NCBI GenBank assembly: GCA_964450845.1
Contig: CAYVGZ010000001.1
Span: 84,338-148,337, forward strand
Direction: 5' to 3'
From: an uncultured Candidatus Bathyarchaeia archaeon
GTDB taxonomy: Archaea; Thermoproteota; Bathyarchaeia; Bathyarchaeales; Bathycorpusculaceae
DNA: 64,000 bases
Of the stretch, positions 30,717-39,751 are shown in pieces; positions within the stretch are counted from its first letter, which is position 1; the number at the start of each line of letters is the position of its first letter. Both the position numbers and the translations under genes were made by a program. The notes below the pieces were generated by a model that worked only from the letters and a program-made list of their open reading frames with translations, ran no database searches and was not told where the DNA came from.

Positions 30717-31446
30717 ATCTAAAGTCCTTTTCAATGTGCCAATTGAACCTTAAGATTGCTCCATTCCTATATTTTCCTTGAGCAAAGTCCTGTTGCTTTT
30801 TCATTACCTTTTGAAGATTAGTATGAGCGGTACTAAGCTTGTAGCTATGGTCACCAGTTTCATATTCTTTATATTCAATTATTTTCATTGGAGTCCAGAT
30901 GAACTGGTATCCTAAGATCTTCATCATTGAATTCTTTTCTGGTCGCGTGGGATCTCCGACTGTCATAACTTCATCATGGCCATATGCTCCAGCTAGGTCT
31001 TCATCATAACCACCAGTCTTCCAGAAATCTTCTTTATGTATGATAAAAATGTTTGATGTATTCTTTCCTCTTAGCGATCCATCTGGTTTATGTCTTTGAA
31101 ATAGGTATACTTTAGTTCTTATTTTTGGCCAGGTAATTAGCTTCTCAAAATTTTCAGGTACGTGGTCAATATCTGAAGAAAAAATCCAATCATTATCAGC
31201 TATGGCAAAGCCTAGATTTTTGGCTCCTGATGTATTCCAGTAAATATCTGTATCAATCCGCGCTATCGTTAAGTTTATTGGGAAGTCTGGTTTTAGAAAA
31301 TTCTTTACTGGTAAAGGAGAACAATCATCCACAACTATAAATCTTAGTTGTTTTCTAACTTCATCTGGAATGTTCTTCCAAGTATTTAGATGAATATCCA
31401 TATTTTCTTTTGGGGTATTGTACGATATATATAATATATTTAGCAT
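30682..31446 (-). CDS. GT2/GT7-like glycosyltransferase
   Basis: IVVDDCS, WNTSGAKNLG, SSDIDH, GGYDEDLAGAYGHD. Confidence 0.8.
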   Translation of the reverse strand: MLNILYISYNTPKENMDIHLNTWKNIPDEVRKQLRFIVVDDCSPLPVKNFLKPDFPINLTIARIDTDIYWNTSGAKNLGFAIADNDWIFSSDIDHVPENFEKLITWPKIRTKVYLFQRHKPDGSLRGKNTSNIFIIHKEDFWKTGGYDEDLAGAYGHDEVMTVGDPTRPEKNSMMKILGYQFIWTPMKIIEYKEYETGDHSYKLSTAHTNLQKVMKKQQDFAQGKYRNGAILRFNWHIEKDFRYEDKPNISTAS

Positions 31447-31955
31447 TATTTTATCCTAAGCATTACTAGTCGTTCAGTTAACCCTACTATTTTGTACCAT
31501 TTAAGTACATCCCAATAGTGGGGTCGGTCCCAGTCATGAATAAATACTATAGCATTTTGGTTAAGATATTGTCTTACTTCTTCTGCGCACCATGTTCGAG
31601 CTCTTCCATCTATTAAAACTTTGTCATAAGTACGATTAATTTTATGTACTTCTGTTATATACGATTCAAATTCTTCTCTCTTAACATTTGGAAAGCTTCT
31701 AGGTTTATCTGATAGAACTAGTCTATAATCATAATCTAGTCCTGGTTTTCTATTTAGTTTTAATTCATCGGATACTTTCTTGTACCACTCGCTATCGTGC
31801 TCTATACTTACCAGGACTTTTACAATTTTTGCTGCTTCAATAGTTGATCCGCCACTTCCCCATTCAAGATAACTGTCGTCTTGATTTAGATGGGAAAGCA
31901 GTAACGCTTTTTCTTTTTCAGTCATCCATACGTTAAGGGAGTTTGTGTGGTCCAT
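31446..31955 (-). CDS. SAM-dependent methyltransferase-like protein
   Basis: YLEWGSGGST, SIEHD..WY, LIDGRAR..C, FIHDW. Confidence 0.7.
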   Translation of the reverse strand: MDHTNSLNVWMTEKEKALLLSHLNQDDSYLEWGSGGSTIEAAKIVKVLVSIEHDSEWYKKVSDELKLNRKPGLDYDYRLVLSDKPRSFPNVKREEFESYITEVHKINRTYDKVLIDGRARTWCAEEVRQYLNQNAIVFIHDWDRPHYWDVLKWYKIVGLTERLVMLRIK

Positions 31956-32598
31956 AGATAAAAGTTCTTCCTCGTTCCTCTTTAGTTATTAGCTGGTATT
32001 TATTAAACTTGGTTTTCCATACAGAGTAACCAAAACTTATTTGGTCTCTATGACATCCATTCAAAACTTCATTCCACCAGAAGCCTAGCATGTTGTTTAA
32101 GCTTTCAGAATTTGTTTTTCTTATCTGAGTATTAGCGGCTATGATATGTACTTCATCTCTATATCCATCCAAAGAATATCTTTTAAATTGCTCTAGCATC
32201 TTATGTATGTCAGCTTTACCTTGTCTAGCAATTTCTCTTATTTCAGGAAGAGTTAATCCTCCTTCTCGTGGATGCTTTATAAAGATAGCATGCGTGTCTA
32301 CATCATTTATAGTTTCACATAGTTCGAATAGATTATCCCAAACGATTTTCTTTATACAACCATCTACATAAACATTGATATCACAAGAGTCATCAACTAG
32401 CCATGGCTGAAGTTTGTATAATCTATTTGATTTTGATAGTTCCGATTTTGATAGTCCTAATGGCTTTACGATTCTATTGTCCCATCCATCATATTCTTTA
32501 TCGGAAACACATATTGCTTTTACGTTTTCTGGTAAAGGTCTTAGGTCTCCAGGGATGTCATATGCCCCAAAGACACTTGTATAGATAGTAATTTTCAT
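31933..32598 (-). CDS. DUF616-like glycosyltransferase
   Basis: IYTSVFGAYD, NRLYKLQP, VYVDG, HP.R, RDQISF. Confidence 0.75.
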   Translation of the reverse strand: MKITIYTSVFGAYDIPGDLRPLPENVKAICVSDKEYDGWDNRIVKPLGLSKSELSKSNRLYKLQPWLVDDSCDINVYVDGCIKKIVWDNLFELCETINDVDTHAIFIKHPREGGLTLPEIREIARQGKADIHKMLEQFKRYSLDGYRDEVHIIAANTQIRKTNSESLNNMLGFWWNEVLNGCHRDQISFGYSVWKTKFNKYQLITKEERGRTFIYGPHKLP

Positions 32599-33359
32599 TT
32601 TATTAAATGTTTGAATTGGTTAATGTTTTTTGTTACGTATTCTGGTAGTTCTACTTCAGATACTATGTATTGTCTATCTGTTCTGTTTAAGATATCTTTA
32701 TTTTCTCTTAGTGATGTGTTAATACCATTTAGTACACTTGCATTATTAAATTCTTGATGTAGATATGCGTTGATTTTATCTTTTATTCTTTCTTCTCCTC
32801 CTACAAAGGAAAAGTGCCAACCACATTTTTGTACTAATTTAATAGGGACAGAGAGCATTCTAATTTTTTGTGGCGAGGACATCTGTAGGTATTTCCAAGT
32901 ACACACTCTAGCTAGAGTCCACTTTTTCTCTTTTCCGTCTGCTGTAAATGTAAGGTTATTTAGGTAGTAGTTACAAAAGTTTTGTTCTAGAGCAATAATT
33001 GGACTTGGCTTTAGTTCAGCTATGTTTTTTCCTGGTATCTCATCTAAATCGCATATAGTAATTATGTCTGAATCGTTAGGATTGATTATTAAAAGAGCAT
33101 CCTTAATAGCATCTCTCTGTCCAGATTCTCGTTCTGCTGTCGATGGAAACTGTTTTAAATCAGCGTAGTGATGTATTACCTTGCCAGATACATCTTTAAA
33201 CTTGTCTTTTATCTTTAGCCAAACTGATTCTTTTTCTTTTCCAGAGTGAGTTAAGTTTCCTTCAACCAATACAAACTTATCTACAACGTCATATAGTTCA
33301 TGGAGTCTAATATCAAGTAAGTCTGCTTCGTTATAGAATGTAAAACAATCATATAGCAT
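32595..33359 (-). CDS. GT17-like (beta-1,4-GlcNAc transferase-like) glycosyltransferase
   Basis: DCFTFYNEADLLDIRL.EL.DVVDKFVLVE..THSG, E..QR, DLDEIP, GWHFSF; start at the TAATG overlap. Confidence 0.85.
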   Translation of the reverse strand: MLYDCFTFYNEADLLDIRLHELYDVVDKFVLVEGNLTHSGKEKESVWLKIKDKFKDVSGKVIHHYADLKQFPSTAERESGQRDAIKDALLIINPNDSDIITICDLDEIPGKNIAELKPSPIIALEQNFCNYYLNNLTFTADGKEKKWTLARVCTWKYLQMSSPQKIRMLSVPIKLVQKCGWHFSFVGGEERIKDKINAYLHQEFNNASVLNGINTSLRENKDILNRTDRQYIVSEVELPEYVTKNINQFKHLIK

Positions 33360-34033
33360 TATACTTTCCAATCGATTAATGGTGATTCCCAAGGGCTATG
33401 ACAATGAGTTGCTCTTCCTGGTATTGGTGTAGCAAGTAATCGTCCTTTTAGTTTTAAAGCCATAAATGTTCTAAATGAGTCAGGCACAGGTCCTTCAAAG
33501 TTGTGCTGAAATAGTATAGTTTTGTCTTCTTTTAGTGTCTTAACTTTCGTAGCAAACGTTTGAACTGTAGAATTAGTCAATTTCCAATGACTGCTTTTAG
33601 TTAAGAATACTCTAGTTTGTTCTCCATATTCAGTCACATAGGGATTCGGGCCTCTTATATACTTATCTGCATGATCGTATAATGATACATAATGTACCCT
33701 AGCTAGGCCTTCAAGTAGATACATTCTAGAATCTGATAGATGTAGAAAGTCGTCTTCAACAAAGTATATTATATCTTTATCATCTAGCTCTAAGGCTATC
33801 TCAAATGCTTTTTTTAATGTTCCCGCGTTTCCAAGATTAGTTTCTAATACTTGAGTACCAAATTCTTTTATTCGAGATAGTAACTCAGGTGAACAGTTAT
33901 CTGCTATAATTATAGAGTTACTGTCAAAACCAAAGTTCTCATAAAAGTTAATTAGACACCTTAGCTTTGGTATTCCAGTTTGAGTATTGGGTTTCTTGTC
34001 GCAGATTCTATATATTACTTTTAAAGCGCTCAT
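33359..34033 (-). CDS. GT-A fold glycosyltransferase
   Basis: IIADNC, NLGNAG, IYFVEDDFLH, YVSLYDHADKY. Confidence 0.75.
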   Translation of the reverse strand: MSALKVIYRICDKKPNTQTGIPKLRCLINFYENFGFDSNSIIIADNCSPELLSRIKEFGTQVLETNLGNAGTLKKAFEIALELDDKDIIYFVEDDFLHLSDSRMYLLEGLARVHYVSLYDHADKYIRGPNPYVTEYGEQTRVFLTKSSHWKLTNSTVQTFATKVKTLKEDKTILFQHNFEGPVPDSFRTFMALKLKGRLLATPIPGRATHCHSPWESPLIDWKV

Positions 34034-34034
34034 A

Positions 34035-34391
34035 TTACTTCCTATCTAACTGATTAAACCATGGTATTATGTCACTAGCTACAAACATATGTTGACGCTG
34101 TAAGTCTATGTCTTTGAGAGACACAGTAGTTCCCATATATCTTAGTGTCATTCCTATAATACACATTACATTACACTCAGATATTATTCTTATATTAAAA
34201 ATATTAGAAATAATATCTTCTTTAGTAATGGATTTAAATATGACTGAACCGCTAATTCTAAGATTTGCTCGTCTGATATCTTGTTTTATTCTTTCTCTTA
34301 ATTCTTCATTAATAAATATTGGTGCGGCTCTCTATTTACTGCATAACATATATCCTCTAGCTCACCTATTTTAATTGCTAATGTCTGTCAC
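34035..34391 (-). pseudogene. Frame-broken hypothetical gene
   Basis: About 97 open codons (APIFINEELRERIKQD...LDRK*) lack an in-frame start; the upstream part appears to be split across two other frames after a GTGA overlap. Confidence 0.35.
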
Positions 34392-34911
34392 TTCTGCTTC
34401 TTTATATATTCAAAGTAATCATTTATGTTTTCAGTTCTTTCTACAAATATATTGCATCTATTACATAAGATCTTTCTTACTTTTCCTGTAGAATGATTGT
34501 GGTCTATCTTTGGTTTATTATTGTCGCTAAAAGTTGAACTACATATAAAACATTTATTATCTTGGGCTAGAAGCATGTCATCATATTGCTCCTCTGTTAA
34601 ATTATATCTTGCTAGCAACCTTCTTTTTCTATCATTTATCCTAATTATTAGAATAAGATAATAACTTTGATTTATTTTCTTTATATCTACTTTTAACTTT
34701 GTCCTTTATTCTTTCCTTATTTTTTTCATAATATTTTTTTAGTGTTTGATACTTTTTCTTTGTTATTAGTTCTATACTTAGTTCTATTTTCTTTTATACA
34801 TTCTTTACAGTAAGTACTTAACCCAGATTTTCTACTTTCATCTTTATAGAAATTATCTGTGGATTTCTCTAAATTGCAGCTTACGCAGATCTTCGTCTTT
34901 AATAAGTTCAT
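34388..34911 (-). pseudogene. Endonuclease VII-type homing endonuclease, frameshifted
   Basis: N-terminal CVSC...YCKEC zinc finger and C-terminal YNLTEEQY...CFIC...IDHNHSTGKVRKILCNRCN are in different frames; breaks near 34735 (A-run) and about 34640. Confidence 0.8.
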
Positions 34912-35530
34912 TATAGCCCTCCCATTGGCTTATATCAGTCATAGTAAAGTCATGGAAGCCTAGTTGGGATTGCCATAAATGTCCATATTTAGCGTTGCCC
35001 TCGTGGCTGAACTGGCGAGCAAGGCTCTCGGGCGCGAAAGTACATCCTCTTGATATGAGTAGAGAACGATAGGTTCTACAAAGGACGAGGTCCTCAGGGT
35101 GGAAGTTTTTAATCGGGAGTTCAGAACAGACCTTGAGGAATTTTTCACTCCGTAGACTGAACCCACCGTTGCCGACATTTTTACTGTCTTGAAACCACCA
35201 CGCCGCACCACAGTAATCATACTGTGTGAATGCTTCTGTCCATGCGTCTGCATTAAGGACGAACGCATCCCACTGCGTGCAAAGGGCGAACGGGGTCTGT
35301 ACGTACTTATGTAACTCCTGAATCATAAACTTAGAGTACGCTTGGATTGATGTAATTTCTGGGATCGATACGAGGTTGATCTGGCTTGGTATCTTGGAGC
35401 TTTCCAAGGAGCTCAGTAACTTGACTCTGCCAAATTCTATGTTGCTCATCGATTGGCATAGCGATGTTAGCGCACGTTGCAAATTCTTGCAGTCCACTAT
35501 TAGTAGGGTTACATTCGGTAGCTTTATCAT
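34853..35530 (-). CDS. DUF5672-like, glycosyltransferase-associated protein
   Basis: LPNVTL, YSKFM..EL..YV.T.FAL..QWDAFVLN..AW...F..YDY.GA.W, VGNGGFSLRS, EDLVLC. Confidence 0.7.
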   Translation of the reverse strand: MIKLPNVTLLIVDCKNLQRALTSLCQSMSNIEFGRVKLLSSLESSKIPSQINLVSIPEITSIQAYSKFMIQELHKYVQTPFALCTQWDAFVLNADAWTEAFTQYDYCGAAWWFQDSKNVGNGGFSLRSEKFLKVCSELPIKNFHPEDLVLCRTYRSLLISRGCTFAPESLARQFSHEGNAKYGHLWQSQLGFHDFTMTDISQWEGYNELIKDEDLRKLQFREIHR

Positions 35531-35783
35531 CTTTGACCCATCCTAGTTCTTTCATGTCTTTTTCATCTAAATTATGTATCTGAATATCGTAAGGTAATAA
35601 TATGACTGAATTGTTTTTATTGATAGCTCTTAGTGCGTCAACTATAGACTGGCCAACCATTTGACTGGTTTTACTATCAACTCCAGATGGAAGTCTAATA
35701 ACTATCAGTTGGTCGTCACTAATAGTCATAGTCTCTAGCTTATCAAAAATCATTTCAACAAGCTTATATTTTCTTGTATTCAT
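35331..35783 (-). CDS. Hypothetical protein, probably extended by loss of its stop
   Basis: Overlaps the next gene by 200 nt; TGA TAA sit one frame over at the downstream ATG (aaagATGATAAag). Confidence 0.5.
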   Translation of the reverse strand: MNTRKYKLVEMIFDKLETMTISDDQLIVIRLPSGVDSKTSQMVGQSIVDALRAINKNNSVILLPYDIQIHNLDEKDMKELGWVKDDKATECNPTNSGLQEFATCANIAMPIDEQHRIWQSQVTELLGKLQDTKPDQPRIDPRNYINPSVL

Positions 35784-36309
35784 TATAAGTTACTCCATTG
35801 CTCGACCATAGCCTTGGCTATTTAATTTTGCTCTATCTTCTGATGGCGGCATTTTATGAATAATATGTTCTCTTCCATCTACAATGTTTGTTGGTTGCAA
35901 CTTTGGTAAGTTCTTTAACCATAAACAGGTTGCCTTAGTTTCTCCGTGCTCAAATTGCCAAGGCTGTATTATTTGGTTTGGACATGATTCCTATAGGGTT
36001 TTCAATTGCTATGCGAGCACAAGTAGAGTTAGCAAACAGCATAAAAAAATTAATTGCTGCTTGCTGTCTTCCATCTGCCCTTTTTTCAGGAAACCATCTT
36101 GCGCCGCTAACTGCAAGATGTGTACAGGGTTGGAACGCAATTATCATGTCTCAGTTGTCTTGTAGCAAAGGAGTTACGTCTTGTTGTAGATGCCATTCTG
36201 GATTTGGTACAGATGTTGGTATGATATCACAAGAATATGCTTCTAATCCTAACCTTCTGAACTCACATGTGACTACTTGGCTTTCTTCGCAAGCGATTAA
36301 CGCTTTCAT
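35783..36309 (-). pseudogene. Phage DNA cytosine methyltransferase-like pseudogene
   Basis: Reconstruction MKALIACEESQVVTCEFRRLGLEAYSCDI...QDN*DMIIAFQPCTHLAVSGARWF...IAIENPIGIMS / QIIQPWQFEHGETKATCLWLKNLP...MPPSEDRAKL / IAKAMVEQWS; TGA at 36151-36153 plus two frameshifting deletions. Confidence 0.85.
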
Positions 36310-36548
36310 GCATATATCTCTACTGCTGGGATTCCTAGTTCGCTTACGTAGCCGTCAGATGAGGCTATGAACTGCGTCTTTCCATTTTCATGCGTCACAG
36401 TTGTTTCATCTTGGTCAACCAATTTAAAGATGTCCCCCTTTTTAAGGTCGATCATATTGGTTCTGGTCCAAATGATATCAGAATTTGTACTGGCTCTTCC
36501 GACGTAAACTTTTCTCCAGTCTAGTTCATCTAATTGCGGATTAGACAT
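36306..36548 (-). CDS. Hypothetical protein
   Basis: 80 aa; ATGA overlap with the methylase remnant. Confidence 0.6.
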   Translation of the reverse strand: MSNPQLDELDWRKVYVGRASTNSDIIWTRTNMIDLKKGDIFKLVDQDETTVTHENGKTQFIASSDGYVSELGIPAVEIYA

Positions 36549-37107
36549 ACTTCCTCCATAATTCTAGTCCTTCAAAATATTCGTTATCTGTTATAGTCCA
36601 TTCTGCTTCTACTAAATTTTCTACATTTTTAAATTCGTCCATTAAAATTATATCATATCTTGGTTCTCCTTCTCGCGAGAACCTTGTTAATGGTTTTCTA
36701 AAGGGTTTATTAGTTCTTGGCGAAGGAAGTACATTTTCTGTCCAATTTGGGCAAACTATTAGAGCATACTCTTTGAGTCTCTTTGTTCGTATGAACTTAA
36801 ATATCTTTCCATCTAGAATTGATATAGCATCAGATTCGCCAAATAGCCAGCCAGGTCTTTCAATATTATTTTTATATCTGACTGCTCTATACTCTAACCA
36901 AATGATGTTAGAATCTTCGTTTTGATCTTGTCTATTTTCTTTCTTTGTAGATTTTACTTCAATTTTTATTTTCGTATCTTCTTTTGTGATTTCATAATCA
37001 TAATGTAATTCACGGTCTTCGTAAGTGGTAGACTTTCTTGTAGAGTAGCCCCTATTTGGGGCTACTACTCCAAATAAGACTTCACTAAACGTTGGTTTAT
37101 AAATCAT
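36541..37107 (-). CDS. PD-(D/E)xK restriction-endonuclease-fold protein
   Basis: HYDY...IEVKS motif, then IWLEY...PGWLFGESD. Confidence 0.55.
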   Translation of the reverse strand: MIYKPTFSEVLFGVVAPNRGYSTRKSTTYEDRELHYDYEITKEDTKIKIEVKSTKKENRQDQNEDSNIIWLEYRAVRYKNNIERPGWLFGESDAISILDGKIFKFIRTKRLKEYALIVCPNWTENVLPSPRTNKPFRKPLTRFSREGEPRYDIILMDEFKNVENLVEAEWTITDNEYFEGLELWRKYV

Positions 37108-38588
37108 TACTTAACCTGTTCTGTAGTACTTCTATCAAACCTGTCTTCTGGTTTAGGGAAATTGGTTAACGAGAAGTCTTGTATTGTTGGATCAGATACA
37201 AATGGGTCGCTATATCTATCTGGTAGTAGATCTGACGTATCTACGCTATCTAACATCTCTTCCCATTTCTCACATACCTTATCCCAATCAAGCTTCTTTG
37301 CTAGATTAAGCCCTTTATTTTTCCATTCTTTATAATATACTGGGCTTTCTGCTAGTAGCTTTATTTTCTTTGCTGCATCTGGTACATCAGCTATAGCTTT
37401 AATAAATCCAGTTCTTGGTTCATGTTCGAAGGCCGCCACCTTTGACAACAATAGTGCGCCTTTACCCCAATCAGCGTGGGCAGAGTAGTTAGTTATAACT
37501 GTTGGTATACCAGCAGCAATAGTTTCTAATGCTGGTAGATGCCAGCCCTCAGAGTTTGTCAGACTTAGATGAACATCAAAGCAATTAACTATGTCATTAA
37601 GCTGTTCTTCTGTAGGGCCAATACCAGGCTTTAGTCTTGGGTCAAATATACATCTATCTTCTAGGTTATAAAATCTAGCTAGCCATGTTAGCGGCCAACC
37701 CATTCTGTCGTCTATTGCACAATGGAAGTAGGCCATAATCTTTCTATCTTTTTCGAAGTGGTCTATAAAGTATCTTAAGACCTGAAAGACTGCATCTAAC
37801 CTTTTCCTAGGCTGGTTTCTAGCTACAGATCCCACTAACAATACTTTATTATCTAGTCCAAAGTATTTCTGTCTAAGCTCTGCTCTGTTATCTAGTGGTT
37901 TCCAAATGGAATTGTTTACTCCGTGAGGAATAGTAACCATGTTCTGAAACTTAGGTCTACCTAAGAGTCTTGCTGTTTCGTTTATAACATCTTGGGCCCA
38001 ATTCGTAAATACTATACACTTATCAGCTTTTTCTACTGTGAGCATAGGATCTACTGGCGGTAGATGAACAGAAGGATTTGGAATTTCAATGGCTGGGAAT
38101 AGACATTCACTGTCTATTGCCATATATGGCATAAACTTAAAGCAGCGTCTATTTCTAAGATGTACGATGTTATATAATCCCCAGACATCATTTATTGGTA
38201 TTACAATATCTGGCTTAAAATGCTGTATAACAAAGTATGTAGACATATAGCCGTAGTTATCATTACCCTCAGGGTTACCCTTAATACACGGAGACTGTTC
38301 TTCGTAAAGAGGTACCTTAGGGTCTAGTTTAATTAGATTAATTTGTGGGTTGCTTGGAGATACATATTCTATAAGTCTTCCACGTCCACAGCATTTACTG
38401 TGATCCTTAACCATAGAATAGTAGTGTATAGGAAGGTCTACAACAGATGGTACGTCAGCCAATCCAAGTTGTGCAATTTCGTATTTTCCAGATCTCACCA
38501 GTCTTTGTATAATATTCCGTGCGACCGTTGCATAACCCGTCTTCCTCTTTATACTGTCTGAGATAAAGAGGATTCTTTTTTTCTCCAT
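37107..38588 (-). CDS. GT4-like (GT-B) glycosyltransferase
   Basis: TGYATVAR, IPHGV, VARNQPRK, SEGWHLPALETIAAGIP; start moved to the ATG after a GGAG SD. Confidence 0.85.
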   Translation of the reverse strand: MEKKRILFISDSIKRKTGYATVARNIIQRLVRSGKYEIAQLGLADVPSVVDLPIHYYSMVKDHSKCCGRGRLIEYVSPSNPQINLIKLDPKVPLYEEQSPCIKGNPEGNDNYGYMSTYFVIQHFKPDIVIPINDVWGLYNIVHLRNRRCFKFMPYMAIDSECLFPAIEIPNPSVHLPPVDPMLTVEKADKCIVFTNWAQDVINETARLLGRPKFQNMVTIPHGVNNSIWKPLDNRAELRQKYFGLDNKVLLVGSVARNQPRKRLDAVFQVLRYFIDHFEKDRKIMAYFHCAIDDRMGWPLTWLARFYNLEDRCIFDPRLKPGIGPTEEQLNDIVNCFDVHLSLTNSEGWHLPALETIAAGIPTVITNYSAHADWGKGALLLSKVAAFEHEPRTGFIKAIADVPDAAKKIKLLAESPVYYKEWKNKGLNLAKKLDWDKVCEKWEEMLDSVDTSDLLPDRYSDPFVSDPTIQDFSLTNFPKPEDRFDRSTTEQVK

Positions 38589-38617
38589 GTCTTTCTCCTT
38601 CTCCTTGACTCCTGTAA

Positions 38618-38881
38618 TTATTCTTCTGCTTGTTCGTCGTCCATATAGTTGCAATCGGCTGGATCACCATAGTCCTCCTTCAAAGACTCAATGAACGAAC
38701 GGTAGATCTTACTTACTATTCGTCTGTTCAGACCAAATAAATCATTGTTCTGAGCTTTAAACATATTACCATGAGCAAGCCGAGCATAAACTACTAGCTT
38801 GCTCTCTAGTGGTAATAGTGAAAACTTGGCGTAGGCTGTTGTTTGCAGTTCTTCTGGGATTTTAGTTCTCTGTGCTAACAT
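38618..38881 (-). CDS. Hypothetical protein
   Basis: 87 aa ORF in the operon. Confidence 0.55.
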   Translation of the reverse strand: MLAQRTKIPEELQTTAYAKFSLLPLESKLVVYARLAHGNMFKAQNNDLFGLNRRIVSKIYRSFIESLKEDYGDPADCNYMDDEQAEE

Positions 38882-39047
38882 CTTTTAGCTCTTTCACTTG
38901 CAAGTTAAATGCTTCTGTAAGTTGGTCTGAGCTATAGACGTCTTCTAAATTGGCTTTCTTTCCCTTGATTACAAGTGTATCGCCTTCATTACAATCATCA
39001 GAGATCTCTCCGATTTTCTTTCCACCCTTAGTTACCATTTCTATCAT
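38862..39047 (-). CDS. Small acidic hypothetical protein
   Basis: 61 aa; overlapping starts and stops with neighbours. Confidence 0.5.
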   Translation of the reverse strand: MIEMVTKGGKKIGEISDDCNEGDTLVIKGKKANLEDVYSSDQLTEAFNLQVKELKDVSTEN

Positions 39048-39751
39048 AATAAATTCTCCAGTCGGTCTAATCCATTAATCCATGTAGGATTACAGTTCTG
39101 ACTACATCTTAGGCAATGTTCTCCCCTTATTCGGAGCTTATTGCCTTTGGTCAGCATAAGAAAACCTCGTCTGATAGTATAGTCTTTTTCTTCATAGGGT
39201 ACTAGGAAGAAGGTATTGGTCGATACACTCATAACAAGACAGTCATTTGCCAGACCATTTGTTATATTATAAATATAATTATTAAGCGTAGCAAAGTCAA
39301 GATCCTTTTGAACTATTCCTGCATTTTCATAAGAAAGTAGTAGATTATAATCCTTTGGACCATGTAATATTCCAGATATTTCTCCCTTCATTTTCCACTT
39401 ATAGCAGTAGGAGTCTAATATGTGGTCTATTGAGTACTTTTCAAACAGTGTACTAAGGTTAATAGCGCATTTAGTACAGAAGCTTCTAAATTCTATACGT
39501 TCTGAGGCAGGAATTCTACGAAGGCCAGTAAACGATCTCGAAGAAAGCTCCTCAGCAAAGAGCTCAATTATAGGCTTCTTATCTGTTTTATACTTATAAA
39601 ATATACGATTAAAGAGAAGTCTTACCCCTTTAAGATAAGACTCTTTCTCTTTGAAATAATAACACTTATATAGTCTATCGCAGAAAGTCTTACATGTAAT
39701 TCCTGTTGATGGGTTCTCCACCTTCTTTTCTGCATTCTTCTTTATATTCAT
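39044..39751 (-). CDS. Hypothetical protein, possibly a degenerate Cas4/AddB-like fold
   Basis: N-terminal Cys plus C-terminal HCLRCSQNC; MKGEISG at the usual nuclease motif position, but no D/ExK. Confidence 0.35.
   Translation of the reverse strand: MNIKKNAEKKVENPSTGITCKTFCDRLYKCYYFKEKESYLKGVRLLFNRIFYKYKTDKKPIIELFAEELSSRSFTGLRRIPASERIEFRSFCTKCAINLSTLFEKYSIDHILDSYCYKWKMKGEISGILHGPKDYNLLLSYENAGIVQKDLDFATLNNYIYNITNGLANDCLVMSVSTNTFFLVPYEEKDYTIRRGFLMLTKGNKLRIRGEHCLRCSQNCNPTWINGLDRLENLL

Noticed and set aside
27113-36153. Stop-codon reassignment suggested by in-frame TGA (36151, 27170) and TAA (27822)
   Set aside because: TGA serves as a true stop in several ATGA overlaps (29493, 32595, 36306, 60208), TAG ends the Ubl and the 24560 gene, and long genes are unbroken. 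The methylase also carries frameshifts, so decay explains the stops better.
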